A stretch of DNA of 64,000 bases from Takakia lepidozioides (Eukaryota; Plantae; Bryophyta). Each line of letters opens with the position of its first letter. The stretch's first letter is position 1. Where the stretch lies: contig CM060732.1 of NCBI GenBank assembly GCA_030704615.1, forward strand, positions 13,702,001 through 13,766,000, written 5' to 3'. Position numbers and translations under genes: made by a program. Under the pieces are notes generated by a model, which was not told the origin of the DNA, ran no database searches, and saw only the letters and a list, made by a program, of their open reading frames with translations. This document shows positions 23,792 to 35,620 of this stretch, piece by piece.

Positions 23792-25693
23792 CTATCCAAT
23801 GCAATGCAGACATAACCAATCCCCATCAGGAACCATCTCAAGAGGTGGAGTCAAACATCCCATATGCCAACCTCTAGAGCATCGATCATACACCAGCATG
23901 GTGGCTGCCCCTCTAGCAGACCCACACAACATGCACCTCAAACTTGCAGGTACCACTGTCAGGTTTGGGTCAACCCTTCCATCAACATTTGGAAGGTGAC
24001 ATGGCGCGCAATTACGCACATGGTTCTTCCAAATCATGCCATCCCGACTCTCCAAGATCATGACTCTTGAAGGCAACACCTCTCGAACCCTCAAAATAGT
24101 ACGTCCTACAGTCACATCCAAGGTCGTAGGAGCAGTCTGCTGCAGATAAACATAGTCACCAGGGTTAAATCTCCGAACCCTAGGACGATAGCCCCCACCA
24201 CGTATGGTAGCATACCTCAACATATCGCAATGGCAAGGTTCTCGAAAGCCATGGGCATGACTTTCTTGAACAACTCTGCACGTTGATCACATACACGTGC
24301 CCACATGTCCGGATCATCAAGGTTGAGAACTGTAGCAGCTTCTCTACGAATGGATGCAGGCAAATCCGGCTCTCGGCCAAAGAGAAGAAAGTATGGTGAG
24401 AAGGAGGCAAGTGATGCTTGCTTGCTGAACCTGTAGCCCATGACGAACCAAGGTAACTGAAGGTCCCAATCTCCTAGGTGTCCCTTCTGTGCGGTGGTCT
24501 ACCAAGGCCTTGTCACATAAGGCCTAAAACTCCCCCAAGAACTCTCTCCCTTGGTCCGTGAGTGCCTTAGCTGGAGCACCGAATCGGCTAAGTACACAAT
24601 CCAAGAATGCATACGCAGCTCCCTCACTAGCCTTATCAGGCAATGGAACCAACTTGATCCACTTGAAAAAGTGCTCCACCATCACCAACACGTACTTGTT
24701 GTGGCGCATGGTCAATGGCAACGGCCCTGCGAAGTCAAGACTCCACTTGTAGCCCAATCCCATGATCGGAAGAGGATGCAATTGTGGAGTAGGGGCGTTG
24801 AATGAAGCACGCACCCTGTCACACACCATGCACCTAGCCACAAATTGTTGCACCTCTGTGTGCATACCACGCCACCAATATTGTCCCTGCAGTAGACTAT
24901 GAGTGCGTCGCAACCCAAAATACCCCAACTCCTCATGGGCATGCCGCACTAACCGTGCCCGCTGTGTTGGGTGAGGCACAATCCTCACTCGACCATCCTC
25001 CCACACTCGGAGCAGGTGTGTCCCCTCCCACTTGAACCTCTTGGCTCGTTGTAGGATCCGATCCCTCTCTTTGGCAGTCACAGTGGCCGCCGTGTCTCCA
25101 GTGCGGAGGTAGTCCAACACAGTTGAATCCTCATGTATATCTTTGGCGCCACCTTGCTCATTGCTGGCCTCAGGGTCCTCAGACACTCGATCTACAGTCA
25201 TCCCTATTGCAGGTCCAACCTGGCCTTTTGCTGCCAAGATACACAGAAATGCAGATGCATGCCATCCGGGCACCATCTCCTCATCCGTCTCACTATGCCA
25301 CCGAGCTCCAGTGTCATCCTGTTGGCTCGTGCATGGATTGCGACTCAACCCATCTGCATTGCGATTGACCAAACCTGGTCGATGCACAACCTGAAAATCA
25401 TACTCTTGAAAGATGAGTGCCCACCGTGCAAGCTTCCCCGTAAGCTTGTCTGACTCCATCAACCACTTGAGTGGTTGGTGATCCGTGACAAGGGTGAAGA
25501 AATTGCCGTATAGATAGCACCTGAAGTGTGCCCCGGCCCACACTGCAGCTAAGCATTCTCCCTCATATGAGCTATACTTAGTCTCCGCAGCGTTGTTCGA
25601 GCGGCTAGCATAAGCCACTACGAACTCTCTTCCCTCATCATCTACCTGTGTGAGCACCACTCCAAGCCCCAACATGCTCCAATCTGTATGCAA
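23792..25693 (-). pseudogene. RNase H, integrase and C-terminal PHD finger of the DNMT-gypsy pol
   Basis: ORFs 24524-25693, 24217-24441 and 23792-24223. PHD pattern CMLC...MLVYDRCSRGWHMGCLTPPL..VPDGDWLCLHC. Confidence 0.9.
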
Positions 25694-26760
25694 CTGAAAA
25701 ACGCCCCCTGATAGGTCGTCTCAAGATGGGCGCCGAGGTCAACCTCGCCTTGAGCTCTTGGAAAGCTCGTTCTTGCTCATCTTCCCACTGCCACTCCTGG
25801 TCCACCTTGGTCAGCTTGGTTAGAGCCTTTGCAATGGCACTAAATCCCTTGACAAACCGTCTATAATAGTTTGTCAACCCCATGAAAGCTCGAACTCGGC
25901 TCACATCCGTGGGGCGTGGAATCTGTGCAATGGCCTCTACCTTAGTCTGCTGTACCCCCAATTTTCCAGGATATATCATATGACCCAGATACTCAATCTG
26001 GTTGTGGAAAAACTTGCACTTCCCCGGATATAACTTCAATCCGTGCGCCCTTAAGCGCTCAAATACCACCTGGAGGTGTCTCTCATGCTCCTCCACCGTA
26101 GCACTAAAGATGATGATGTCATCTATGTAGCACCGAGCAAACTCCACCCCTGCTAGAATCCTGTCCATGACTCTCTGAAATTCTGCCGGAGCGTTCTTAA
26201 GCCCAAATGGTAAGAACCGCCACTGGTATAGGCAATCCTTCCCGTGCTCATTGATCCCCCAGAATGTCGTCTTCTGCTTATCCGCCTCCTTGATCGGCAA
26301 CTAGTGATATCCGGATCGTAAATCCAAAGTGCTAAAGACCTTGGCATGCCCAATGGCATCAAAGATCTCCTCTGGTGTCGGCATGGCATATCTATCGGAC
26401 TTGGTCTGACGATTTACAGGCCGGTAATCACCGCACATACGTCTCTCCGTCCAATTGCCATAGACATCCTTCTTGGCTGGCATCACTGTGGCTGAAGCAT
26501 ACTCTCCCCCAGATAGCTCCACCAAACCAGCCTCCCAAAGGTCCTGAGTTCTCATCTGAATCAAGGACCTCTCCATGTCATTGTATCTATAGGGTCTCCG
26601 AGAGATTGGCGTGTCAGTAGCCAATTCAATGTGAATCTCTTGACCCTTCAGTGCTCCTAAGTCCTTCAAACTGAAGGCAAAGCAGTTCCTGTAAGCCCTC
26701 AAGAACCGCCGTATACGTCGTCTCTCTCCTCCGGTGACTATGGGTCCAACATCAGGCTCC
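25694..26760 (-). pseudogene. Reverse transcriptase of the DNMT-gypsy pol
   Basis: RMCGDYRPVN, FSTLDLRSGYH*, LPFGLKNAPAEFQR, CYIDDIIIFS, KCKF, YLGH. Confidence 0.93.
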
Positions 26761-27129
26761 CAGTTGTCCTCCGTGACTGCAACCTTGAGTCCAACAGGCT
26801 TAGAGGTAGAAGACGCGTCCCGTGGTTGCGATGCTGCAACCTCTTGAGCAGTGACCACTGCCTGCTCTGTCAGTGATAATGTCTCATCCTGCCCCATCAT
26901 CCCATCCTTGAGGACCTCCTCAACCCGAGAAAAATCCCCAACCTCATCCATCACCGCCGCCTTGGCTGCCAACTCCTTTTGAACCTCGAGCACCTCCCAC
27001 GTGTGCCATGGATGCGGCCTGCACCTCGTGGTCCTCACCTGTTTTCCCCCACTCGCTGCCTGTACCGTCTCGGTAGGTAGGGAGACCATCAAGGGAAGTG
27101 TACTCCGTACTCTGCGCTGCTCAGCCATA

Positions 27130-28110
27130 GCCAAGCTGATAATCCAGGTCAAGCAATTGAGATCCATTGCTTGCCCCAACACCTGACGACATGATGCCTC
27201 AGAAAGAGATGGCACCGCCGTGGTACCAGTGGTAAAACCCATCGCCCACTCACGCTCGTCAGCATTGGGCTCCACTAATTGCTGCAACTGGCTATCCCAC
27301 AAGAGGCCAAGTCCACCATCCCGGAAAGCATGAGATCCTGGAAAGCTGAGCAGTGTAGGCAATGCTGCTCGTGGGTGACCCACCTTATTGACCACTGCCA
27401 AAGGTGATCGGTCATTGTGTCTCACATGCTGAGACTGCCTCCCTATGTCCAAAATGCTATCCACCGTCAGGTTGGGTGGCCGCTGCACCCCATCAAATGC
27501 ACGCTTGAGCAATGCATGTGGCATCAAGTTGGTCCACCATAGTCGTGGGCGATGAGCCCGTGACCCCACTGCAGCTGCATCCAACAACACTGCTGACCCA
27601 AGCCAAGACCACACTTGATGTACACTGGCCATCACCTTGGCCCGAGAATCACCCATCAATGGCACATTCTCCAAGATATATGCCGGAGAGTCTGTCTGCT
27701 GAAGCTGTAAATAGCGCAGGACCCTCAACATCTCCCAAAATAGGCGTGACCTTGAGTCTTGTAACCCATTGCCATACCCAGCTGATGAAAGCCCTTGGCA
27801 GGGCCAACCTGCAACTACTAAGTGAATAGGGCCAACCCGCTCCAAATCATGCGCCCCCAGTAAAGAGATGTCTGCTGGCAAGGCTTGTTGGTATCCACGA
27901 ACTGCAGACATTGGCAACAAATCAGGGTATTGCTGTACCAACTGAGCAACATGGCGCAGTGAGACCCGTCGTGCAGTCTCATCCCTCTCCACATATAGGT
28001 AACGTCGAACTCGTACATCTGCCTGCAGCACTGCAGCCAATCCAGTGCTAAATCCCGCCAAACAAGTCTAGAAGACATATGCCTTCATCCGGGCACTGCC
28101 ACACAAGAGG
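27130..28110 (-). pseudogene. DNMT3-like C5 cytosine DNA methyltransferase domain within pol
   Basis: Motif I LLDLFGGI (followed by a 1-nt frameshift), II YLYVERD, IV AGWPCQGLS (catalytic PC), VI ILENV, VIII AHRPRLWWTN, IX EREWAMGF, X RQVLGQAM, in canonical order. Motifs II-X share the open frame 26301-28061 with the RT N-terminus. Confidence 0.93.
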
Positions 28111-28452
28111 TGTGGTGTCCAATGGCGACAACTGAGGTGGTCCTAGTGCAATCACCGCACTCTCATCCTCTCCTGACGGTACGAAGGCCTCTACCTAGGC
28201 TTGTTGCACCTGTCTATCAGCAGTCTGTTGCAAATCCTTGCTCGTACCCCACAATGGAGTGTGAGCAACCATGGCAGGCAACTCCGCCGTACCATGTATG
28301 TCATCCTGCTTTGCTGGAGGTGACACATCCTCAGCATGGGCATTGCCCTCCAGCAACTCTCCAGACCAACTAACTGCAACTGTGAAGGCTGCTAGTGTTG
28401 GCATCTTGCCCCGTTGGGCAGCAGCAACACCCCCAATGAACGTCACAGGGAG

Positions 28453-31049
28453 CTATACACGATGACCATCCCCTGACTGCCATCCAGGCTTGTAGGATGC
28501 TGACTCCTCCCAAAAATCCAGGGTGAAGCCCATGGGATACAACACTGCCCCACCAATGAGGACATCGTAAGAGACCGCGTCTGTCACAATGGCCTTGGCT
28601 TGCATCACTGAGCCATCTATAGGATGATCCGGCTGTAGTCTAATGGCCAACTCACGCCGTGTCATGCCCCAAGCCTGCTCTGATCCTCCCAGAGATGTCT
28701 GTATCTGGAAGGGACAAGGCTCCATATCCGCCTCCATGAGGCCCAAACCTGCAATAGCGGCTTTGCCCAACATTAGTGGCTGAGCTCCTGAGTCCAACAA
28801 GACCCGCAGTGGCCGGTACCTCTTGCCTGCCGGTCCACTCAAAGAGAAAATGCCATCCTTGTTGTCTAACAAGACAACTCCAGGTGTCACCATGGCGCGC
28901 TCAAAGGCTGGCCAAGCTGGCAGCTCCGTCAACCTGGCAGCTGCAGCTTGCCATGGCGCAGCCGTGGCAGTCTTGACCATCAAATCCGAGGATCCCTCTG
29001 CCACTACACCTTCCACTAACTCCGTAGAAGATGAAGTGACCTCCCCACTCTCACCGAGTGTTGCTGCTAGTCTGAACACTGCAGCTGGTCTTACCCCCGG
29101 CGTCGCAATCATGGTTGCCAAGAACAGTGGGGCCTGACACACAGAGGTGGCCGCCCCCAACAACACACTAGCTGCACTAGCCTTGGCAGCAGGTGTCAGT
29201 GCTGGACGTGTAGCTCTTCCCAATGGCACAATAACATCCGCCTCGGTATCCATCGGGTGACATTGTCTCCGCCAAGATGAATGATTGAGGCAACCTAGCC
29301 TGACGGCTTGCCTCCCCACGCTGTGGATCCAACTCCACCTCTGCACCTCGTGGCTCAGGAACTCGTGCTGCTCCTCGAGTGACGGCTGCAGCAGACTCCA
29401 CTTGCACTAGTGGTAGTGCTGCCCCACACATAAATCCCATGCCTCCCATGTCTCCTCCATCAGGATGACGCTGCTGAGGAGGAACAGGAGGTGGACCCTT
29501 AGGTCTTGGAGCTGGTACCACCTGAGTTGTGGCCATGGCAACAAGCCTTTGCTCTAGCTGCTGAAGCCGGTTGGCCATACCTTGGTCAACGCCCTGACCT
29601 CCATGTCCTTGGCCATACTGTGCTTGCCCTCGTCTTGCACCTCGTGCCTGACCACCTCGTCCTCTCTGAGGTGCTCCACCTTGCCCTCGGCCACCATTGT
29701 TCCTTTGGAACTGGCCTCGCCGCAACTCAGGGTGCAAGTCATAACACTGGGCATCTCTATGTCCATACTTGCCACAATGCCCACATTGCAACTGTGCAGG
29801 CTGTGCTTGTGCCAGCCCTTTGCCACTCTCTGGGAAATCTTTCTTGACATGGGGTCCTCCACATGTCCAACATACCACCCCTGGTTGCTGTTGGCCTGCA
29901 AAAGAAGCTACTGGCCTCTGCACCTGAGGTCCCCTGTAAGCTCCATGGAATTTGGGTTGGGAAACCTTGCCCCCCTGACCACGCTGTTGGGCAGTCTCTT
30001 GTGCCTGTGGGCTGGCAGCTGCACCTTGTGCAGGCATGTCCTTGCCAAATCCAATGGTATCAACTCGCTCCTCCACCATGTTGAGCTCAATCCACTCAGC
30101 CAGCAAAAACACATCTGTTAATGTGGGTTGGGCTGCTTGTAACAGGGTTGCATCCCGCACCCTTCTCCTGAGCTCCTTGTCCAAAATTCCATACCAGAAC
30201 TGGATTGCCTAAGCTTCAATAACCCCTTGGGTCACACTTATCAAGCGTCTCATACGAGTGTAGGCCTCTCGCAAGCTCTCACTAGATTTGCGCTGGAAGT
30301 CTTGCAAACTTCGCAGCTTCTCTGTCCGTACACCTTGGTAGTTCCTCCGTAACTCCTGGAAGAACTCCACCACCAGGTTGAATCTAGGCACATGTGTTGT
30401 AGTCGTGGCAGGAGGAGTAGTAGCACTTTTTGAACTGGTTCCACCTGCAGAAGTACCGGCACTACTTGTTCCACTACTGATGCTGGTAGTGGGAGATATT
30501 GGTGCTGATGCAGCTACTGGTCACGTCGTGCCTCGAGTAATGGAGACGTAGTCAGGTGACCAATACATCCTCCACTCCTCAATCTCTGCTTCATGTCCTC
30601 GCCTGAACTCGTGATAATCGTCCATAGGCGGGCCTTCCAAATGCTGGAACAGTCCCTTCCACGCCATGAATGGGGTGAATAGTTGTGGATTGCGCATCTG
30701 CTGCAAATCACATCAGCTGTCGAACTCCTGGATAAAGTCATCCAACTCGATTGTGCCCACAGCTCCAGAGTACCTACGAGGCCCCTTGGTAGCTCCATAC
30801 ATCTCCTCCATGTCGTCCCACAACAATGTCGTCCCACAACAATGGCGAATGAAACTGCACACCTGTTGATGAAGCCTCCGAGTCTGTGTCTGACTCTGCA
30901 CTAATTGAGGGTGGAGGTGAAGGTGGTCTGAAACGAACACCTCGTCTAGTGAACCCACTCTCACTGCTACTGCCTGTAGCCGTACTCCCCTCAGAACCCC
31001 TGGGTAACTCCGTGATGACACTCACATGTGCACCTCCCCCACGTGACAC
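28453..31049 (-). pseudogene. Gag and aspartic protease of the DNMT-gypsy
   Basis: LDDFIQEF and L..FQRK..ESLREAY.RM gag pattern, knuckles CWTCGGPH and CGHCGKYGH....C, protease RVLLDSGAQPLMLG...DVLIG. Confidence 0.88.
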
Positions 31050-31727
31050 TATAAGGCTCTAGTACTAATTCTAATAGTGACACGGGTGGGCACCTGTTGC
31101 AGTTTAAGGGTCATATCCCAGTGGCTCAGGGCACCGGCACCTGCACCTGCACCTGCACCTGCATCCACCGCAAGAACTCCTATGGTTGGCTGGTCATCAA
31201 CCCAGTCTCACCATAGAAGAAACACTGGTGGTCTTGATGGTCATCACTCCAGCCTCACCACCGACAGCATACTCTAAGATTGACCGGTGATCAAATCTGG
31301 CCTAATCCCTATGAAAGCAAGCGCCCACACAAAACCAACATGGCGCACAGTCAAGCATGCAGGTGTTGGGGGGGATCCAAACACAAGAAATCAAAACATC
31401 AACATCCCCACACCAAAATCCATCTGCAGTGCTGATTCTGCAGAATATCCCAGCCCAAAACCTCGAACTGGCTGGCCTCCACCAAGGGAGGCTTTGGCAA
31501 CTACAAGTACAAAATAATGAAAATATTAAAGTGAGGGAGGGGAAGAATAGAGGCCCGACCAAGCAAGATGTAATCATGATCTATGCTATCAACTGCCAGA
31601 CTTTTCTCAAAGTGCCTCTCTCTGCATGATGGTAAGGTGTAGGAGGTATATCTATGTCCAGAAACCTGCCACTGACCTTATCCCAAGCTACAGTAGCTCG
31701 CTCTAACCAACCCTCCTCCTCTCTCTG

Positions 31728-32330
31728 CTAGGTAGAGACAAAGCAATACTCCCCTATCTCCCGCTCACTGAACACTAAAGAAAATAAAGGTAAGGTCTGA
31801 CAGTCTTTCAACTCGAAAGCTTTGAGACGGTTGCGGGTGTCCTCATTGCGAATGACTGCATCTCCTTCAAGCAGAACAAACTTGTCATTGCTAATGAACC
31901 CCCGCTCGTGGTTGCCTTGTGCAGAGCGTGTCCGACTGCAACCATGTCTGATTGCAAAAACTTGTGTAGCTCCTGCTCCTTTGCTCCAGTACACCACCGC
32001 CTTGTGGCTGAACACTTTGGTCCCCGGGGCTGTTTTTGGCTGTGTTCCAAGCCTAGCTTCCACCCACTTTGGTATTTCACCTACAGCTGCAGAACTGCTT
32101 GCTCCAACAGAGTTCTGACTGTCCAAAGCAATATTGAGGCCCTCAACGCCAACTACAGCAGTGTGTTGTCTATTGCTAATGCCTGACTCCCAGTATGCAA
32201 TCAACTCGTCCAACTGCTCTCCACTCAAATCAGTTTGAGCCCCTTGGGAAACATAAATCTTGTCCCCTTGTGTGCACAGGCTAAGAGAAGATACCTGCCC
32301 TTCAATTACGTCCTCATTTCCCGCAGCCAT
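31728..32330 (-). CDS. Hypothetical 200-aa protein upstream of and co-oriented with gag (possible extra ORF of the element)
   Basis: Uninterrupted ATG-initiated ORF with protein-like composition. No family recognised. Confidence 0.4.
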   Translation of the reverse strand: MAAGNEDVIEGQVSSLSLCTQGDKIYVSQGAQTDLSGEQLDELIAYWESGISNRQHTAVVGVEGLNIALDSQNSVGASSSAAVGEIPKWVEARLGTQPKTAPGTKVFSHKAVVYWSKGAGATQVFAIRHGCSRTRSAQGNHERGFISNDKFVLLEGDAVIRNEDTRNRLKAFELKDCQTLPLFSLVFSEREIGEYCFVST

Positions 32331-32886
32331 ACAAGGAGAACATCCACAGATTTGTCTCTCATATAGACCACAACAGGTTCTAGAAACAGAATTGTGGATC
32401 TTTCATGGCACACTCACACTCAAAAAATTCCATAGACTTTTAGCAGAGTCCAAAAAATTAAAACTAGATCTAGACAGGTAGATTTTCCCTTTCTGCAGCT
32501 ATCCCCCCAAAAACTGAGTCAAACGGAGTCCATTTGACAAAGATATGACCAATTAGGCTCTAAATCATTTAAATTAGATCAAAAAGGTTTTTTTTTTTTT
32601 TTTTAACACCAAAACGTTCTTGCCATTAAAAGCTGTTCCCAGGTTTCAATTGTGGTTACAGGCGCACCACCACAGGCTTGCTCTCTTAGTGAGCTGCTTT
32701 GCTCCAGCCATGATCTGTGCTCTGCTCCAACCACGACTCTCGAGCTCGGGTGTATGGTTGTGGCGATGGCGATGGCGATGGCGATGGCCTGTGCAGCGTC
32801 AGACATCTCGGCAACGCCTGCATACACATACGTTGCATCGAATCCACCTCATTAATGCACATGCGACAAATGGAAGGTGACATGAT

Positions 32887-33182
32887 TCAGGATTTGCCAA
32901 CCTGTGTAATTCCATAAGGTGGTTTGGGTATGGCCCCCTTTTCCATTGCCCTCCGAATAATCTGTCTGGCACGGTACCTCCTGTCCTTCAAGTTTCGCCC
33001 CACCATCTCCATCACCCTTGTGTCACTCCAATTGCCCAGAAACCGGCGGTCTAACTCACGGGCATACGCTCGCTTCGCGCCAAAGTGCTGATCAGCCCAC
33101 TCAACGTGCAAAGGGAACCACCTCCATGCGAGTTCGAAGGCTGGCTTCTTTATAGCCTCCCAGAACGCACTGATAACGGCTA
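32887..33182 (-). pseudogene. Possible DNA-transposon protein fragment, cut by the next element
   Basis: Basic, Trp-rich helical segment (WRWFPLHVEW...LKDRRYRAR). Only a loose resemblance to CACTA-associated proteins. Confidence 0.25.
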
Positions 33183-35619
33183 TGCTACAAGGGACAGACA
33201 ACGAGGGTCGCAACGGGACATACGGGGTAGTGATGGACGTACACTACCCGAGCCACAGGCAGAGACGGCTAAGTACGCGGTACTTAGCCAATGGCGGGAC
33301 AAGGATACATTACCACGAGAGCAGTAAGGGGTAGTGTAGTAACCGTGAGCCGTGAACCACGATATCACACGGTCACGATAGCATCGGCTTTAACCAATAG
33401 AGGGAGTAGTGGACCGTTTACCACTATGGCTCACGACCACTACAACAAGTCACTTTTAGCAAACCTTTTAGGTTGCGTAGGCAGTTAGGCAAACGGTCAT
33501 TAACGACCGCAGGCTGTAACGGCTCTTTCGAGCATAGTATAAAAAAACTGCACGCAACTTAGAGGGTGTGCAGTATGAGTATCAGTGATCAATGTGTATT
33601 TAGAGGGACTCAGAGTGATTCTGTGTACTTCTGTGATGATGTGACGAGCTCTGAAGTAAAGCCATGCTATTCGAAGTATCTCTGTGTAGAGTGAACGTGA
33701 GATGGTGAGAATGTGTATCGTCTCAGAAATAATTCTTGTTTTCTCTTGACTACCATCTACTTGTATGAACCAAGAGGCTTCAGTCCTTTCAACTAAGATG
33801 TTTTATGCTTAAGAGACTATAGATTGGTCTAAATCAATAGGATTAAGCAGTTTGCAAGGATATGGCTTCATCCGACGTTCATGGTTTAGCTATCCTTAAG
33901 TAATCGTTTCTAAAAGCATACCGTCGGACAACCTCTGTTGCATGTCTTAGGAAATGGGCAGTAGTGTTAATAGCCTGTTTTGTCTAAGTCATAAACTAGC
34001 GGTTAACAAATCACGTCAGAACGAGTCAACAGAAGCAAAGGAATGGAAAACATTCCTGGAAAATTTTCATGGTTTACCAAGAGCAATACAACAGAAAATC
34101 TTTCTGTCAGTCGTGAAAGAAGATGACAAATGGGGATTGAAGGGAGGAGTGATCAGTATTACACAAGCATCTTGGGAATGTAGGATTAGAAGTGAAGAGT
34201 GGTTGTCTCGTCTAGCTCTATTGATTACTCTAATCCCAATCCAGAAAGTTTGTTACACTAGTTATATTTTTCAGAGAAGGATGTTCAAATTATGAATAGT
34301 GTCACACGATCATAGAAGCAGTGGAGTACTGGATACCCAAAGACTTATTGCAAGTCAGATACACTGAAAAAGACAGATGGTATTATTGTGCCCATTAAAA
34401 AGTTTGGTGATCAATCAGTAAAAAAGAAAATTAAGTTGTAATACGGATTCTTGCAAGATAGGATGAGTCTTGAAGAAAGGGTAGAGACCCTATAAATTTT
34501 CTGTACTGACATACCAAGACTGTTTTAAAGGGTACTGAAAGGAATTATACATATGATGTAGGAATGAATGAGGAAATTAAAGAAAAAGCTAAACAAGACA
34601 GAGCTGAACGAATAGAGAAATATGCTGCAGAAAGGGAGGCTCGGTTAAGAGAAGAGTTCCCAAAATTACAGAACTTGAAAATTATTCGAGGTGAGACATC
34701 AAACAGTGATAAACCAGAAGATCAGGAAATCGGATCGGTGGGAAGTGGGAACACTACACCAGAAGAAGTTGCCAGTAATGTACTTGGTGAATGGTTATCA
34801 CAAGAAAGATCTGAAGGACCTTCTACAGTAACAAGCGCAAATAGAGGTTTTGCTGAAATATTAGAAGAAAGATTTGAGAACATTTTGAGTGAAGAAGGTG
34901 AAAGAAGTGAAAGCACTTCTCCAGAAAGGATAACCAGAACTGCACTCAAAGCTTTTAAAGATTCATTAAGCTTAGTAGGGACAGCAGCTGGGAGACGACT
35001 ATCATTGGGACAAGGACCTCCTAGCTTTGAATCACTGTTTGGAAGACAAACACCAACACCACCACAGCCAGCAACAGCGGGACCATCCCAGTTTGGACAA
35101 CCAGTTGCACCAGCAGCACCAATTGCACCAGCTACATCGATGGCTTTAGCAGCAAGCAAAACCAGACCACCATTTCCTTTATATGATGGGAAATCTGATC
35201 CAGATATCCATCTTAATCAATTTGAAAACATGTGCACCATTTACAATGAAGCAACAGACCAAGAGAAGATCCAACTTATTTGCAGTCCTTACTGCTTCAG
35301 CCAAAGTGTTGTTATGCATGACTGTAACCATGGTTACATATTCAGGATGAAGTCCATTGATGAACCATGATTTTTGCAAATCATCCCCTGGTGCTTGAGG
35401 TAGTTTCCTGATCAGAGTCTTCATTCTCTCCATGTAGTCTACTACCAATTCGTTCTTTTTCTGTCTTAGGTTCTGTAATCCTGTGAAGATTTCAGACGTG
35501 GATTTGTTGGATCTATATCTTTCTTGAAACGCGACTCTCATATCCGCCCAATTCGCCAAGTGATTGGCTGGGAAATTTGCCAACCATTCAATGCCTTTTC
35601 GGGCCATTGAACAAGGAAA
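33183..35619 (+). mobile_element. Truncated LTR retrotransposon 5' part (putative LTR 33183-33918, gag 34564-35278, flipped gag continuation 35279-35619)
   Basis: TGCT...AGCA-bounded segment, then gag YDGKSDPDIHLNQFE...EKIQL on plus. It continues FPCSM...W..MR.AF.ERY...LRQKKNE.V.DY..R...FINGL on minus. Confidence 0.7.
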
Positions 35620-35620
35620 G

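Larger units (their letters stand above)
23005..31049 (-). mobile_element. Ty3/gypsy LTR retrotransposon encoding a C5 DNA methyltransferase and a PHD finger (decayed, 5' LTR not seen)
   Basis: Order on minus strand: gag with zinc knuckles, protease LLDSGA, DNMT, RT (YIDD), RNase H (TDWS, TDHQPL), integrase (H-H-C-C-like zinc finger, LDFAGP, TDQGREF), PHD, PPT, terminal repeat. Confidence 0.93.

Noticed and set aside
27130-28110. Host DNMT3/DRM gene or bacterial contaminant
   Set aside because: Intronless, in frame with protease and RT, non-permuted motif order, and embedded in plant TE sequence.
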